Sequence record: NC_010821.1
Strand: one strand, 5' to 3'
Length of the DNA stretch: 64,000 bases
Positions within the stretch are counted from its first letter, which is position 1. Each line of letters starts with the position of its first letter. Below, in pieces: positions 39,316 through 47,981 of the stretch. Under the pieces are notes generated by a model. The model had not been told where the DNA came from, did no database searches, and saw only the letters and a program-made list of their open reading frames with translations. The position numbers and the translations under genes were made by a program.

Positions 39316-41448
39316 TTATCGCATATATGCGGGTACGTTTGGTTTAAGGATAGCCTTGGGTAAAGTGAACTCATTGATATCAATTTCAATACCGTATTGT
39401 TCAAATGCCTTAGAAAGGATACCGTGTAGGATTTTGTTTTCGTCGAAGTATTCGGGTTTGAAGTCTTCGGCAGCAACGTTGGTAAACACGTCACCTTCTA
39501 ACATAGGGGCTTCAATCCCCATGATTTCTGCGACTTGCGACTGTGACCACGCCAAGATGTCTGCACTACGAGTAGAGATGTTTGGAATCTCACCAGTATC
39601 GAGTGTGCATTGATACACATAGGTTTGAGAGTCTTGACCTAATCGATAGATCCGTGAGATCGCCTGTTCCAGAATGTAGGCACGGAAAGGAGAGTTCAAC
39701 AGAATCATGGTGTCGGCAATGGTAAGTCGTACACCCGTAGACAACGAAGCATATGTAGCGAGTAATGGATTAAGATCTTTCTCGGCGTCAAACCTTTTAA
39801 CGTGCAAAGGTAGTTCGTTGGTATTCTTACCGTAAACCACCAAAGGTGTCATACCCAGTTTAATCGTAACCTGTTCCGCTGCATCCACCGCCTCAACGAA
39901 GCTTGTGAACATGATCGTTTTCTTTTCGGTGGACTCGGTAATACCAACCCAGTCAATGTAAGGTACCATAGCTACGTTAGCTTCGATACGCATACCACCA
40001 ACAACACGACCTAGTACTTCACCTTGGATTTTGAGGTTAACATATTTAACCACTGACTTAATGTCGCGGAAGTCTTTAACCATGGTCTGCGGAAGAAGTT
40101 TCTCGAAGATGTCTTTCTCATAAGCGTTTGCCCTCTTCATTTCATCACCTAGGTATCTAGGATCAGGAGTACGGGAGATCAAATGGACTGTATGCAAGTA
40201 CTCATCAAACTGAATCAATGCCTGGCGGTCTTTAAGCTTACTACGGGCGATCTTGATGAAGTTCTCCCACTTACGCATGTCTGTGTCACGTCGCTTCTGG
40301 TAATACGCTGTACGCTCTTTAATGAAGGCTTCCATCATCTTACGGATAGCTGGGAGAGTAAAGCGCTCACCATCGGGTACCTTAATTGGATAAGGTCTCA
40401 TGATTGGAGGCAATAAAGATTCATCAGCTTCAGACTTCTCGACTTTATAACTAACCAGTCCTAAACGATGGCGGATGATATCTAAACCTTTAGAGGCTTC
40501 TTTACCATACATCTTCTTGAACTTAGCTTCTACCGCTGGAGTGAACAATGGATCAACTACACGAAGCAGGGTAATGATCTCGGCACCCAAAGCTTTTACT
40601 GGGGTACCAGAACCTTGGATGTTATTCTCGGAATCCAACAACTTAACCAAGGACTGATAGAGCATACTACGGGCTGAGTTGGGATCGTTCATGTTGTGTG
40701 ATTCATCTAGAATCGTAACAATCTTCTTCCCTTGGTAAACACTAGGATCTTGAAATAGTTCTTGTAGCTTAGACATTGCATCGTAGTGACACATAATCCA
40801 ACGCTGTCCTTCATAAGCCATCGGCTCGCCGCTATGCCAGATTGACTGCGGTGACTTGAACATCTCATTAACCGATTCAACCCATACTGATTCCAATACG
40901 GCTTTAGGACAGAACACTACAATCAACTCCGCCCCCAGCATTTCGGCCAGTGCTGACATCGAATAGGTCTTACCTGTACCTGCCGCGGCAGCGATCAGGT
41001 CACCTTTAAGGTTGTACTGATCTAAACGGTAACTATAGTTCTTGAAATACTCCATCTGGTAGGGCTTAGGTGTAAAGTGTAAGTTCTTCAACTTACGGAA
41101 ATCTAACCGTCCTTTAATGGTAGTAGTGTCAGGAGGGATAGTTCCTTTCAACCACGTATGTTCGTTGAGACCTTCGATTATTCCATTAATAGCCCGGATA
41201 CTCGTCCATCGATGGCGGTATTTCTTTATGCCGTCAAGGATATAAGCAATCTCTGGGGCAAAGAACTTATAAAAGCTAAACGAGTTACCACTGACGGTAT
41301 TGAAGATGTTCTGCGTGATACGGGTGGTCTTCCAGTGCTTATCCATGTCACGGACGATGTCTTTAGCACGAATACCAGATACCACGATTTCAGTGTTAGT
41401 TTCCTTTACGGTCACTCCACCGAATACGTTTCGGAATTGGTCTAACAT
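39316..41448 (-). CDS. SF2 (SNF2-like) helicase, phiKZ gp203-like
   Basis: AAAGTGKT, DESH, SGTP and QAISRIYRLGQ motifs. Confidence 0.88.
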   Translation of the reverse strand: MLDQFRNVFGGVTVKETNTEIVVSGIRAKDIVRDMDKHWKTTRITQNIFNTVSGNSFSFYKFFAPEIAYILDGIKKYRHRWTSIRAINGIIEGLNEHTWLKGTIPPDTTTIKGRLDFRKLKNLHFTPKPYQMEYFKNYSYRLDQYNLKGDLIAAAAGTGKTYSMSALAEMLGAELIVVFCPKAVLESVWVESVNEMFKSPQSIWHSGEPMAYEGQRWIMCHYDAMSKLQELFQDPSVYQGKKIVTILDESHNMNDPNSARSMLYQSLVKLLDSENNIQGSGTPVKALGAEIITLLRVVDPLFTPAVEAKFKKMYGKEASKGLDIIRHRLGLVSYKVEKSEADESLLPPIMRPYPIKVPDGERFTLPAIRKMMEAFIKERTAYYQKRRDTDMRKWENFIKIARSKLKDRQALIQFDEYLHTVHLISRTPDPRYLGDEMKRANAYEKDIFEKLLPQTMVKDFRDIKSVVKYVNLKIQGEVLGRVVGGMRIEANVAMVPYIDWVGITESTEKKTIMFTSFVEAVDAAEQVTIKLGMTPLVVYGKNTNELPLHVKRFDAEKDLNPLLATYASLSTGVRLTIADTMILLNSPFRAYILEQAISRIYRLGQDSQTYVYQCTLDTGEIPNISTRSADILAWSQSQVAEIMGIEAPMLEGDVFTNVAAEDFKPEYFDENKILHGILSKAFEQYGIEIDINEFTLPKAILKPNVPAYMR

Positions 41449-41499
41449 GTTGGTAATCTCGAAATAATAATCATAAAATGATGGGTCAGCAGTACATCT

Positions 41500-41530
41500 A
41501 TTATTAGAAGCCTTTTAAAGAGTATATTAC
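41500..41530 (+). promoter_or_regulatory. early promoter, copy 2 of the 31-bp exact repeat
   Basis: identical to 3855-3885; ends in TATATTAC. Confidence 0.7.
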
Positions 41531-41566
41531 ACTCGTGAATTAGCTATAACCAATAGGAGTACAAAC

Positions 41567-41860
41567 ATGTGGAATACAATGGAAGAGTTGAACCGGTCGT
41601 TTGCTAAAGGCTTTGCTGTGGCAGCAGTTGCCTGTTCGGCCATTAGTTTTGGTATTGCTTACTACGTCAGTAAGCTACCTGACCCACTCCAACTCTTTTC
41701 GGTAACCAGTACTGAAACTGGTATCGTGTATATGGTAGTTGCCATGTACGAAGAAGATGTAGCTGATATCATGGCTAAGCAGTCTGTAGTGTATACCGAT
41801 ATCCAACACATCGGTGTAGCTTTGGATAATGCTAAAGCTGGTGATATAGTCGTACTTTAA
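41567..41860 (+). CDS. small early protein with an N-terminal TM segment
   Basis: 97 aa, AGGAG RBS. Confidence 0.7.
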   Translation: MWNTMEELNRSFAKGFAVAAVACSAISFGIAYYVSKLPDPLQLFSVTSTETGIVYMVVAMYEEDVADIMAKQSVVYTDIQHIGVALDNAKAGDIVVL

Positions 41861-41870
41861 ATCTACTGGA

Positions 41871-41911
41871 TAAACCAATGCTAAGGAGGGGGAGTTCCTC
41901 CCATTGGTTTA
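41871..41911 (+). other. long intergenic hairpin with a bulge
   Basis: taaaccaatg/cattggttta outer stem and ggagg/cctcc inner stem. Confidence 0.55.
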
Positions 41912-41967
41912 TTTAAAAACTATTAGCGTTAGCTAATATCCTTATTCGCTCTTAGAGGTACCATGCA

Positions 41968-42141
41968 ATGGGACGTAATTACATCTATATCGTGACTAAC
42001 GAGAACGGTATAAGCATTACAGTGATTGCAGAGTCAGCTGACAAAGCGAATGACTTTGTAGAACTGGCTGGACATGAAGCAGTGGAGACTCGTGAGGTGG
42101 GTAAAGCTCATCCGGGTTGCGCAGCAGGTATCGTTGACTAA
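41968..42141 (+). CDS. small protein (57 aa) paralogous to the C-terminus of 41567-41860; absent from the ORF track
   Basis: MGRNYIYIVTNENGISITVIAESADKANDFVELAGHEAVETREVGKAHPGCAAGIVD. Confidence 0.6.
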   Translation: MGRNYIYIVTNENGISITVIAESADKANDFVELAGHEAVETREVGKAHPGCAAGIVD

Positions 42142-42152
42142 GGAGCCCCAAC

Positions 42153-42512
42153 ATGGGACTTAAGTTAAAAGTTCTTCGTGAAGACACCACAGCGTGGATC
42201 GTTAAGTGGCTTGCAGACCACACTAACAAATCCAATATCGAGGTAGAACGTAAGTACTTTGACAACCCGCTGAAGCATTACATGCAGTTCACCAATTCTG
42301 AAACGAATCGCACGGTAAAGCTCAGAGCGAAGCCTGAGTATTATCTGGTGCACTTCATGGATCATCGGATCGATGGATACTTTCATTTGAACTTAGACTA
42401 CAATCGACCTGTGTCGGAAGCAGCTGAGATCATTCTGAAATACCTGACCAGTGATCTGCAACAAGAACAATTTAAGGATTGGGTGAAAGCTCTTATCCTT
42501 ACAGTAGACTAA
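42153..42512 (+). CDS. hypothetical protein
   Basis: 119 aa, AAGGAG RBS. Confidence 0.7.
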   Translation: MGLKLKVLREDTTAWIVKWLADHTNKSNIEVERKYFDNPLKHYMQFTNSETNRTVKLRAKPEYYLVHFMDHRIDGYFHLNLDYNRPVSEAAEIILKYLTSDLQQEQFKDWVKALILTVD

Positions 42513-42523
42513 GGAGTAGCAGG

Positions 42524-42946
42524 ATGGATAAGTCTAAAATCATTGAAACCGTTAAAGCATTCTGTGCTAAACAAGAATTCCCAATTGAGCGATTGGTATT
42601 GGGTTTTGAAACAGCAGCTGTGATGCATGGTCTGCAACGTGGTACTGGTGTTATCCACGCTGAAGTTGATGACCGTGACTTCGAATGGGTTTGGTGCATG
42701 ACTGACAGCCCACCAGGTCGTGGTCTGATGGGTCAGAACATCACCGTTGATGGTGTAACATTCCACGTCGGCATAGCTGGTCATAATGCCAGCCTGATCG
42801 ATGGCGTGATGGTAGTGAGTAAGACACGGTTGTGGGAACAATGTACACTACCGCACATCCAACGTGACTGTGTTCCAGCAATGATTAAGATGTACCAGTC
42901 GATCGCATATGAGTTGATCAAACCTGGTTATCCTGAAGCAGAATAA
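42524..42946 (+). CDS. hypothetical protein, degenerate nucleotidyltransferase-like fold
   Basis: AAGGAG RBS; LVLGFETAAVMHGLQRGTGVIHAEV resembles the G.AA.V.HG.R.T.DID motif without the Asp pair. Confidence 0.55.
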   Translation: MDKSKIIETVKAFCAKQEFPIERLVLGFETAAVMHGLQRGTGVIHAEVDDRDFEWVWCMTDSPPGRGLMGQNITVDGVTFHVGIAGHNASLIDGVMVVSKTRLWEQCTLPHIQRDCVPAMIKMYQSIAYELIKPGYPEAE

Positions 42947-42947
42947 A

Positions 42948-42990
42948 AGCTAGCTCCCTTCGGGGAGCAGCTTTCTTATTTTCTTTTTTG
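42948..42990 (+). terminator. intrinsic terminator, UUCG loop
   Basis: gctccc-ttcg-gggagc with extended stem and a T-rich tract. Confidence 0.75.
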
Positions 42991-43020
42991 TTAAATTATA
43001 CTTGGTGCATGATATTATAG

Positions 43021-43197
43021 TCATGAAGGCAGTCCGTGCAAAAACGCACTGCATACGAGGGGGTGATCCAGCCATAGGTGACCTGGTACGATAAAGCATC
43101 GGCGAGAGCTAACGCGAGTACCTAACTACGAGCCTTGTGACTATCGTTGGCACTATTCTAACCGACGGGTATCGAGCCAGCCTTCGGGTTGGCTTTA
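43021..43197 (+). ncRNA. candidate structured non-coding RNA
   Basis: ORF-free, GC-richer island between an AT-rich promoter-like site (gatattatag, 43011-43020) and a UUCG terminator (43175-43197); closing stem tcatgaaggc/gccttgtga plus several nested stems. Confidence 0.55.
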
Positions 43198-43265
43198 TGC
43201 CGTTAAACAATACTGAGGTAGACATAATCTGTAGGTAATGTTGCCTACTTAACCGAGTAAATAAC

Positions 43266-43991
43266 ATGACTAATGTTGCTACAATTAATAGTCTGATCAA
43301 GACTACAATACAAGCAGTGTTTGACGCAGCGCCAGAACCAGTGTTTAATCCAAGTAGTGTCGAGTATCTGATGGATCGACGAACCACTGGCTTCACCGTA
43401 CCTAAAGATCTCGTTGATTACACACTGTTTAAAGAAGAACTAGTAAACCCCAGTATCAAGGCAATCGTGGTTGTACCTAACCTAGACGACTGGGCTACCA
43501 TTCGAGATACCTTCACCCACGGCCTTGGTCAAGATCCTAAGTTCCGTGTTTATGATACAGAAGGTCAAGTCATCGATGCTTACAACTTCGGTAGTAAGTC
43601 TCACCTCAAATTAGCTAAGTTGTTGAAGATCGATCCAGAGCTTAAAGAGATCGTAAAAACTTCACACATTACTTTTGTAGCTAACGGTGAAGAACGTGAG
43701 GTACCGAGAGGCTTTGTGTTTGAATACCACGCCGAGCGGAATGGGTTCATCATCAAACAAGTGTTGGCTAGGTATCTTGGTCAGGTTAGGATGGTAAATG
43801 AAATCGTCTCTAACATTAATAACGATACACCTGCAATAGCAACCTTGAAAAAGGATGATCCACGTGAGCCACTTGATTTGGTAGTGGTCTATAATTCACG
43901 TAAGTTCTTTGATAAGGTACGTATCAATAAGTTTTACACGTGGTTGTCTACTCAGGCCCATGGTAAGACAAAGATCGTTTTTATCAACTGA
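43266..43991 (+). CDS. hypothetical protein
   Basis: 241-aa ORF. Confidence 0.75.
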   Translation: MTNVATINSLIKTTIQAVFDAAPEPVFNPSSVEYLMDRRTTGFTVPKDLVDYTLFKEELVNPSIKAIVVVPNLDDWATIRDTFTHGLGQDPKFRVYDTEGQVIDAYNFGSKSHLKLAKLLKIDPELKEIVKTSHITFVANGEEREVPRGFVFEYHAERNGFIIKQVLARYLGQVRMVNEIVSNINNDTPAIATLKKDDPREPLDLVVVYNSRKFFDKVRINKFYTWLSTQAHGKTKIVFIN

Positions 43992-43997
43992 GTTATT

Positions 43998-44022
43998 AAA
44001 GCCTGAGCATTGCTCAGGCTTT
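43998..44022 (+). terminator. palindromic hairpin terminator
   Basis: aaagcctgagc-att-gctcaggcttt. Confidence 0.6.
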
Positions 44023-44036
44023 ATACCGCCAATACA

Positions 44037-44058
44037 AATAATCTCAGATTTATATTAC
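44037..44058 (+). promoter_or_regulatory. early promoter
   Basis: aataatctcagatttatattac containing TATATTAC. Confidence 0.7.
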
Positions 44059-44087
44059 TAGAGTGTATTTAAATTGGAGCCTTAAGT

Positions 44088-44552
44088 ATGACTAGCAGTA
44101 AAAAGGAAACACGCCTCTCAGATTGGGGTTTCATCATTGTAATGGTTATCATGTCATGCTGGTCTACCTATGTCTGGCAAAATAACGAATACATGAGATA
44201 TCGTGATGTACCCGTTACCTACATCGACCGTCATGAAACTCGAAGCTGTCATAAAGGTAGTTGTAAAGATAACCTAATTGGTTTATTCAAGACCGATGAC
44301 GGTGTATTCTTTGAACGTTACATCGGGCTGTATACGTACCAACAAATGCATCTGGGTGAAAAGTTTGAACTGAACCTTCGCCAGATGGATATCAAACAAA
44401 CCGAACGGGATAACATCCTCTGGCTGTTTGGTCCGATTTTAGTTTATGCTGTGACATTCATCATGTGGGTTTTATTCATCTTTGCAAATATCCTCGAGCT
44501 AATCGAGCGAAATAAATCTAAGAAGGCCAAACAAAATGCAAATCACCGGTAA
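44088..44552 (+). CDS. membrane protein (2 TM, soluble middle domain)
   Basis: 154 aa, GGAG RBS. Confidence 0.7.
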   Translation: MTSSKKETRLSDWGFIIVMVIMSCWSTYVWQNNEYMRYRDVPVTYIDRHETRSCHKGSCKDNLIGLFKTDDGVFFERYIGLYTYQQMHLGEKFELNLRQMDIKQTERDNILWLFGPILVYAVTFIMWVLFIFANILELIERNKSKKAKQNANHR

Positions 44553-44883
44553 ACTGGATGTAGATTTCCTTAACCTCGGTTACGATCGTAGCATTAATGA
44601 AAACCTTAGTGGTGAGGAATACCTACGGGTTGATCGTTGCTGGAATATTTACTACCATGGGTTTATGGATGAGTTTGATGACATCGCTTACGTGAAAGGT
44701 AATGTATCAATCGAACCCGGTATCTACGAAGTGGTTACCTATGGTATTCCAGCTATTTTATTCTTGTGGCGCTTTACCCATGACCACCATCGTGACCTGA
44801 AAGGACTGATTGTTAAAGTGGGTGACGACGATATGATGAAAGACGCTTATCAGAAGTGGTTTAACCACGAATACTTTATCTGA
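44536..44883 (+). CDS. hypothetical protein
   Basis: 115-aa overlapping ORF. Confidence 0.65.
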   Translation: MQITGKLDVDFLNLGYDRSINENLSGEEYLRVDRCWNIYYHGFMDEFDDIAYVKGNVSIEPGIYEVVTYGIPAILFLWRFTHDHHRDLKGLIVKVGDDDMMKDAYQKWFNHEYFI

Positions 44884-44891
44884 GGTTAGTT

Positions 44892-45290
44892 ATGTCTATT
44901 GAAAACACCGCACTGAGTGACCGTGGTTTTAAAGGTGGTAAGTTCACTGACCGTTACGGTGAGGAATGCTCTATCCAGGAATCATCCATTTGCGCAGTTG
45001 AAGGTGATGGCGAAGGCTGGTGTATTTGGCTCGGTGTAGATAAGCCTAAATGTACTCAACTCATACCCGGTCAAGGTTGGACCGATGTACCCATCCCGGA
45101 AGACGCACTCCATTCTGGACGCATGCATTTGTCTCAACGTCAAGTAGGTGAGTTGATCCCACATCTGCAATACTTCGTTGAAACTGGTTATCTACCAACT
45201 CCCGAACAACACGATGAGTTCGTTAAGCATCTTGATGACAATCGCGTTCAAGACATTATTAATGATTTCTTTTCAGAGGTATCTAACTAA
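44892..45290 (+). CDS. conserved phage hypothetical protein
   Basis: RGF..DRYG..CSIQESS..CIWLG..RMHL family pattern. Confidence 0.7.
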   Translation: MSIENTALSDRGFKGGKFTDRYGEECSIQESSICAVEGDGEGWCIWLGVDKPKCTQLIPGQGWTDVPIPEDALHSGRMHLSQRQVGELIPHLQYFVETGYLPTPEQHDEFVKHLDDNRVQDIINDFFSEVSN

Positions 45291-45601
45291 TGGAATATTC
45301 GGCACGCATTGATCGTATTAATGTTGTACGCTTTAAACAACTTAAAGGTGGTCGAGTTATCATCCGAAATCACCGTACTCTAAAATGTAATGCACCCATC
45401 ATACCTGATGAAAACGGGGTCGCTAAAGTACGCATTAATACCAGTCAGTTCGAAGTGACTATGTCTGGTACTATGAAAGGTGAAATAATTAACATGACGG
45501 CCACCTCGCCACTGATCGTTAAAACAAAGTTTTTGAAAAAGGGTTTTAAAACTGTGATGGCCTATGGCCTGCGAACTAATAAAACTAACACGGGTCATTG
45601 A
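45290..45601 (+). CDS. basic hypothetical protein
   Basis: 103 aa, TAATG coupling. Confidence 0.65.
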   Translation: MEYSARIDRINVVRFKQLKGGRVIIRNHRTLKCNAPIIPDENGVAKVRINTSQFEVTMSGTMKGEIINMTATSPLIVKTKFLKKGFKTVMAYGLRTNKTNTGH

Positions 45602-45605
45602 TAGC

Positions 45606-46007
45606 ATGAAATCTAATTCGGGATTTAGGATTGAAGTCTCTCCAAACACTAAGCTCGGTAAGCGATTGATTAGCCTAAGTGTACACCTACGTAATCGTAG
45701 TGACGCTGTTAGGATCACCCGTAAGATACTTGTGTACGTGAAAGGCCTAGGTGTGGTGGCAGGTAAGTGGACTGTTCGACAGTCTGGCGCAATCAGCTTT
45801 AAAGGTATTACATCGGAATGCGGTGAGATTGAATACATTTATGGTAAACTGACCATCGGTTTGAATCTTAACTCACCGGGTCATCAGGTATGGCTGCCTC
45901 GTGACAAGACAATCCGATTGATGTCGCAGTTGATTGTTACAGCTTTCCCACATGTCAATTACAATTTGACTGAACGTGATCTCAATTCAAAACTAATCAT
46001 TCGTTAA
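45606..46007 (+). CDS. basic hypothetical protein
   Basis: ORF open from 45564; ATG at 45606 after the previous stop. Confidence 0.6.
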   Translation: MKSNSGFRIEVSPNTKLGKRLISLSVHLRNRSDAVRITRKILVYVKGLGVVAGKWTVRQSGAISFKGITSECGEIEYIYGKLTIGLNLNSPGHQVWLPRDKTIRLMSQLIVTAFPHVNYNLTERDLNSKLIIR

Positions 46008-46016
46008 GGAATTACA

Positions 46017-46931
46017 ATGGGCTGCGATATTCATCCAAACTTCGAAAAACGTGTAACTCGTGAAGACGGCACTAAGGTCTGGGAAAAGATCGAGGAACAT
46101 AAATACGAGGGTAATCGTCACTACTTCTTGTTCGGTTGGCTGGCCAACGTTCGTAATGGTTATGGTTTCGCCGGTGGTGATACTGGTGACGGCATTAAAC
46201 CACTGGCTCTCCCGAGAGGTTTGCCTACAGACATTGCCAGTTATGAGCCTGAGCCACCAATCAACGATGACACGAATTGGAACTCACCTGAGTACAAAGT
46301 GTGGGAAGAGTGGTACGAGCGTAATGACTACGGTGATCACTCTCAGAGCTGGTTGACTGGCGAAGAGATCATGAAAGGTCTCGAGGAAGTCGGTGGTACT
46401 CGTAAGCGTGGCGTGTTGTCTCTGGCACAATACACTAATTGGGATCGTAAGAGTCAGCCTGATCGTTGGTGCGGTGCTATCTTTGGTCGTGGGTGCGTGA
46501 CTCTCAGTACTGACCAAGCTAACCGTCTCGACCCTAAGGTAGGTAAATATATCAAAGGTGTAACTGACGACCTAACTCATGTTAGTAAGTCTGGCCGCTG
46601 GGTTAACAAACGCAAGATGATCGAAGTGCGACCAAATCTCGATCGTTGGCACTACATGTACAAGGTTGGTGGCAACTATCCTAAACTAGAAGGTGAGACT
46701 ACTGAGTTCAAACTCGTATGGGACCGTCAGTACAAAATCAAACCCTCTAAAGCCAAACATCTGCGTAAGTTGAATAAGTATGCTGACCGCATTGGTAATA
46801 TCAACGTGGCGTGTCAGTGGACTCTGGACAACAAAGCTGTCCGCGAAGAGTTTGCTTATTTCACCGATGAAGTAAAGCGCCTGATGGACCTCCATGGTGA
46901 GATCCGCATGGTCTTCGGTTTCGATTCTTAA
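46017..46931 (+). CDS. MGCDIH-family phage protein with a large insertion
   Basis: MGCDIH..R.Y.LFG.LANVRN..RGLP.D..YGDHS.SW..MVFGFDS pattern. Confidence 0.75.
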   Translation: MGCDIHPNFEKRVTREDGTKVWEKIEEHKYEGNRHYFLFGWLANVRNGYGFAGGDTGDGIKPLALPRGLPTDIASYEPEPPINDDTNWNSPEYKVWEEWYERNDYGDHSQSWLTGEEIMKGLEEVGGTRKRGVLSLAQYTNWDRKSQPDRWCGAIFGRGCVTLSTDQANRLDPKVGKYIKGVTDDLTHVSKSGRWVNKRKMIEVRPNLDRWHYMYKVGGNYPKLEGETTEFKLVWDRQYKIKPSKAKHLRKLNKYADRIGNINVACQWTLDNKAVREEFAYFTDEVKRLMDLHGEIRMVFGFDS

Positions 46932-46944
46932 TTAAGAGGTTAGT

Positions 46945-47496
46945 ATGAAAGCTTGGGGTATCGTTCGTTTCATGGGTTCTTTGGCAATGTTGTCCAAAGA
47001 CAATATTACCTTTACCGATGACATCTATAAAGCACGACAGTTTGCTAGCCGTGAAGATGCAATGCTGATAGCGTCTTCTATTAAGACGCCTACTCAGGTT
47101 CAGGAGATGGATTTCCCTGAACCAATCAGGAGTAATTTCCCACCACCTGATTTCTTTGAGTCTGTGCCGGACAGTATGACGGTGAACCAACTCATTGATC
47201 TCCTGCGTTTGGAAGACCTGACTGAATATTTTACCCCAGTGGATAATATTACAGGTGCTCGACAAATGACGGGTAGTGCAATCGCCGATGAGCTGACGGG
47301 TAACATCGTTGGACGCAGGTATCAATTCAGTTTCGCCAAATGCCTGACGGACAGCGCAGCTAACGATCTGGCTGAGATCCTTCAGGCTGATGCAACGTGG
47401 ACTGGCTATCGGTATATCCGTAAACGTGCTGGATTCACCAGTTATGCTGTCCTAACTCTCGTGCGTTCTAACAATCCTATAGGTACTAACAACTAA
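46945..47496 (+). CDS. hypothetical protein
   Basis: 183 aa, GAGG RBS. Confidence 0.7.
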   Translation: MKAWGIVRFMGSLAMLSKDNITFTDDIYKARQFASREDAMLIASSIKTPTQVQEMDFPEPIRSNFPPPDFFESVPDSMTVNQLIDLLRLEDLTEYFTPVDNITGARQMTGSAIADELTGNIVGRRYQFSFAKCLTDSAANDLAEILQADATWTGYRYIRKRAGFTSYAVLTLVRSNNPIGTNN

Positions 47497-47508
47497 CAAG
47501 GTATACCA

Positions 47509-47877
47509 ATGGCTATTCCAACCCCAGACTCACTGCTCGATTTAGTAAGAGTAACAGCAGATACCCCAGAAGCTTTTATCGCTAAACTGTCAACCCAAAT
47601 GGCCGATCCAGAATTGGTCAAGAACGGTTACCGTGGCGCAGGGCTATTCAGTTTCTACGTGCCGGGCGCAATGCGGCCTATCGGACATGAAACCGTTCGT
47701 AAGCAACTGAAAGAAGCAGGTTATGATGTACATCAAGTAGAACAGATTGTTGGCTACATGCCACCTAATCTGGTAATCGATTTCCGTAGCGCTGGACCTT
47801 ATGATCCAGATGTAACTGGTCCATCGACTTTCCCTTGGATTCATGTACAGGTTTCCAAGACACCACCAGCATCATGA
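47509..47877 (+). CDS. hypothetical protein
   Basis: 122-aa ORF. Confidence 0.7.
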   Translation: MAIPTPDSLLDLVRVTADTPEAFIAKLSTQMADPELVKNGYRGAGLFSFYVPGAMRPIGHETVRKQLKEAGYDVHQVEQIVGYMPPNLVIDFRSAGPYDPDVTGPSTFPWIHVQVSKTPPAS

Positions 47878-47883
47878 CATAAC

Positions 47884-47920
47884 GCCCTCCCTTCGGGGAG
47901 GGCTTATGCCTTTCTTTTTT
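47884..47920 (+). terminator. intrinsic terminator, UUCG loop
   Basis: gccctccc-ttcg-gggagggc plus a T tract. Confidence 0.75.
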
Positions 47921-47930
47921 GCTCAACTCA

Positions 47931-47957
47931 AATTATTTCAGATTTATATCATGTATT
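47931..47957 (+). promoter_or_regulatory. early promoter variant
   Basis: aattatttcagatttatatcatgtatt; same AGATTTATAT core as the 27826 and 44037 sites. Confidence 0.55.
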
Positions 47958-47981
47958 CGTAATCAATCAAAGGTAACCATA

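Noticed and set aside
43021-43197. tRNA, tmRNA, hammerhead or twister identity for the RNA candidate
   Set aside because: No T-loop/anticodon cloverleaf or CCA end, too short for tmRNA, no CUGAUGA/GAAA core, and the twister consensus was not convincingly matched by eye.
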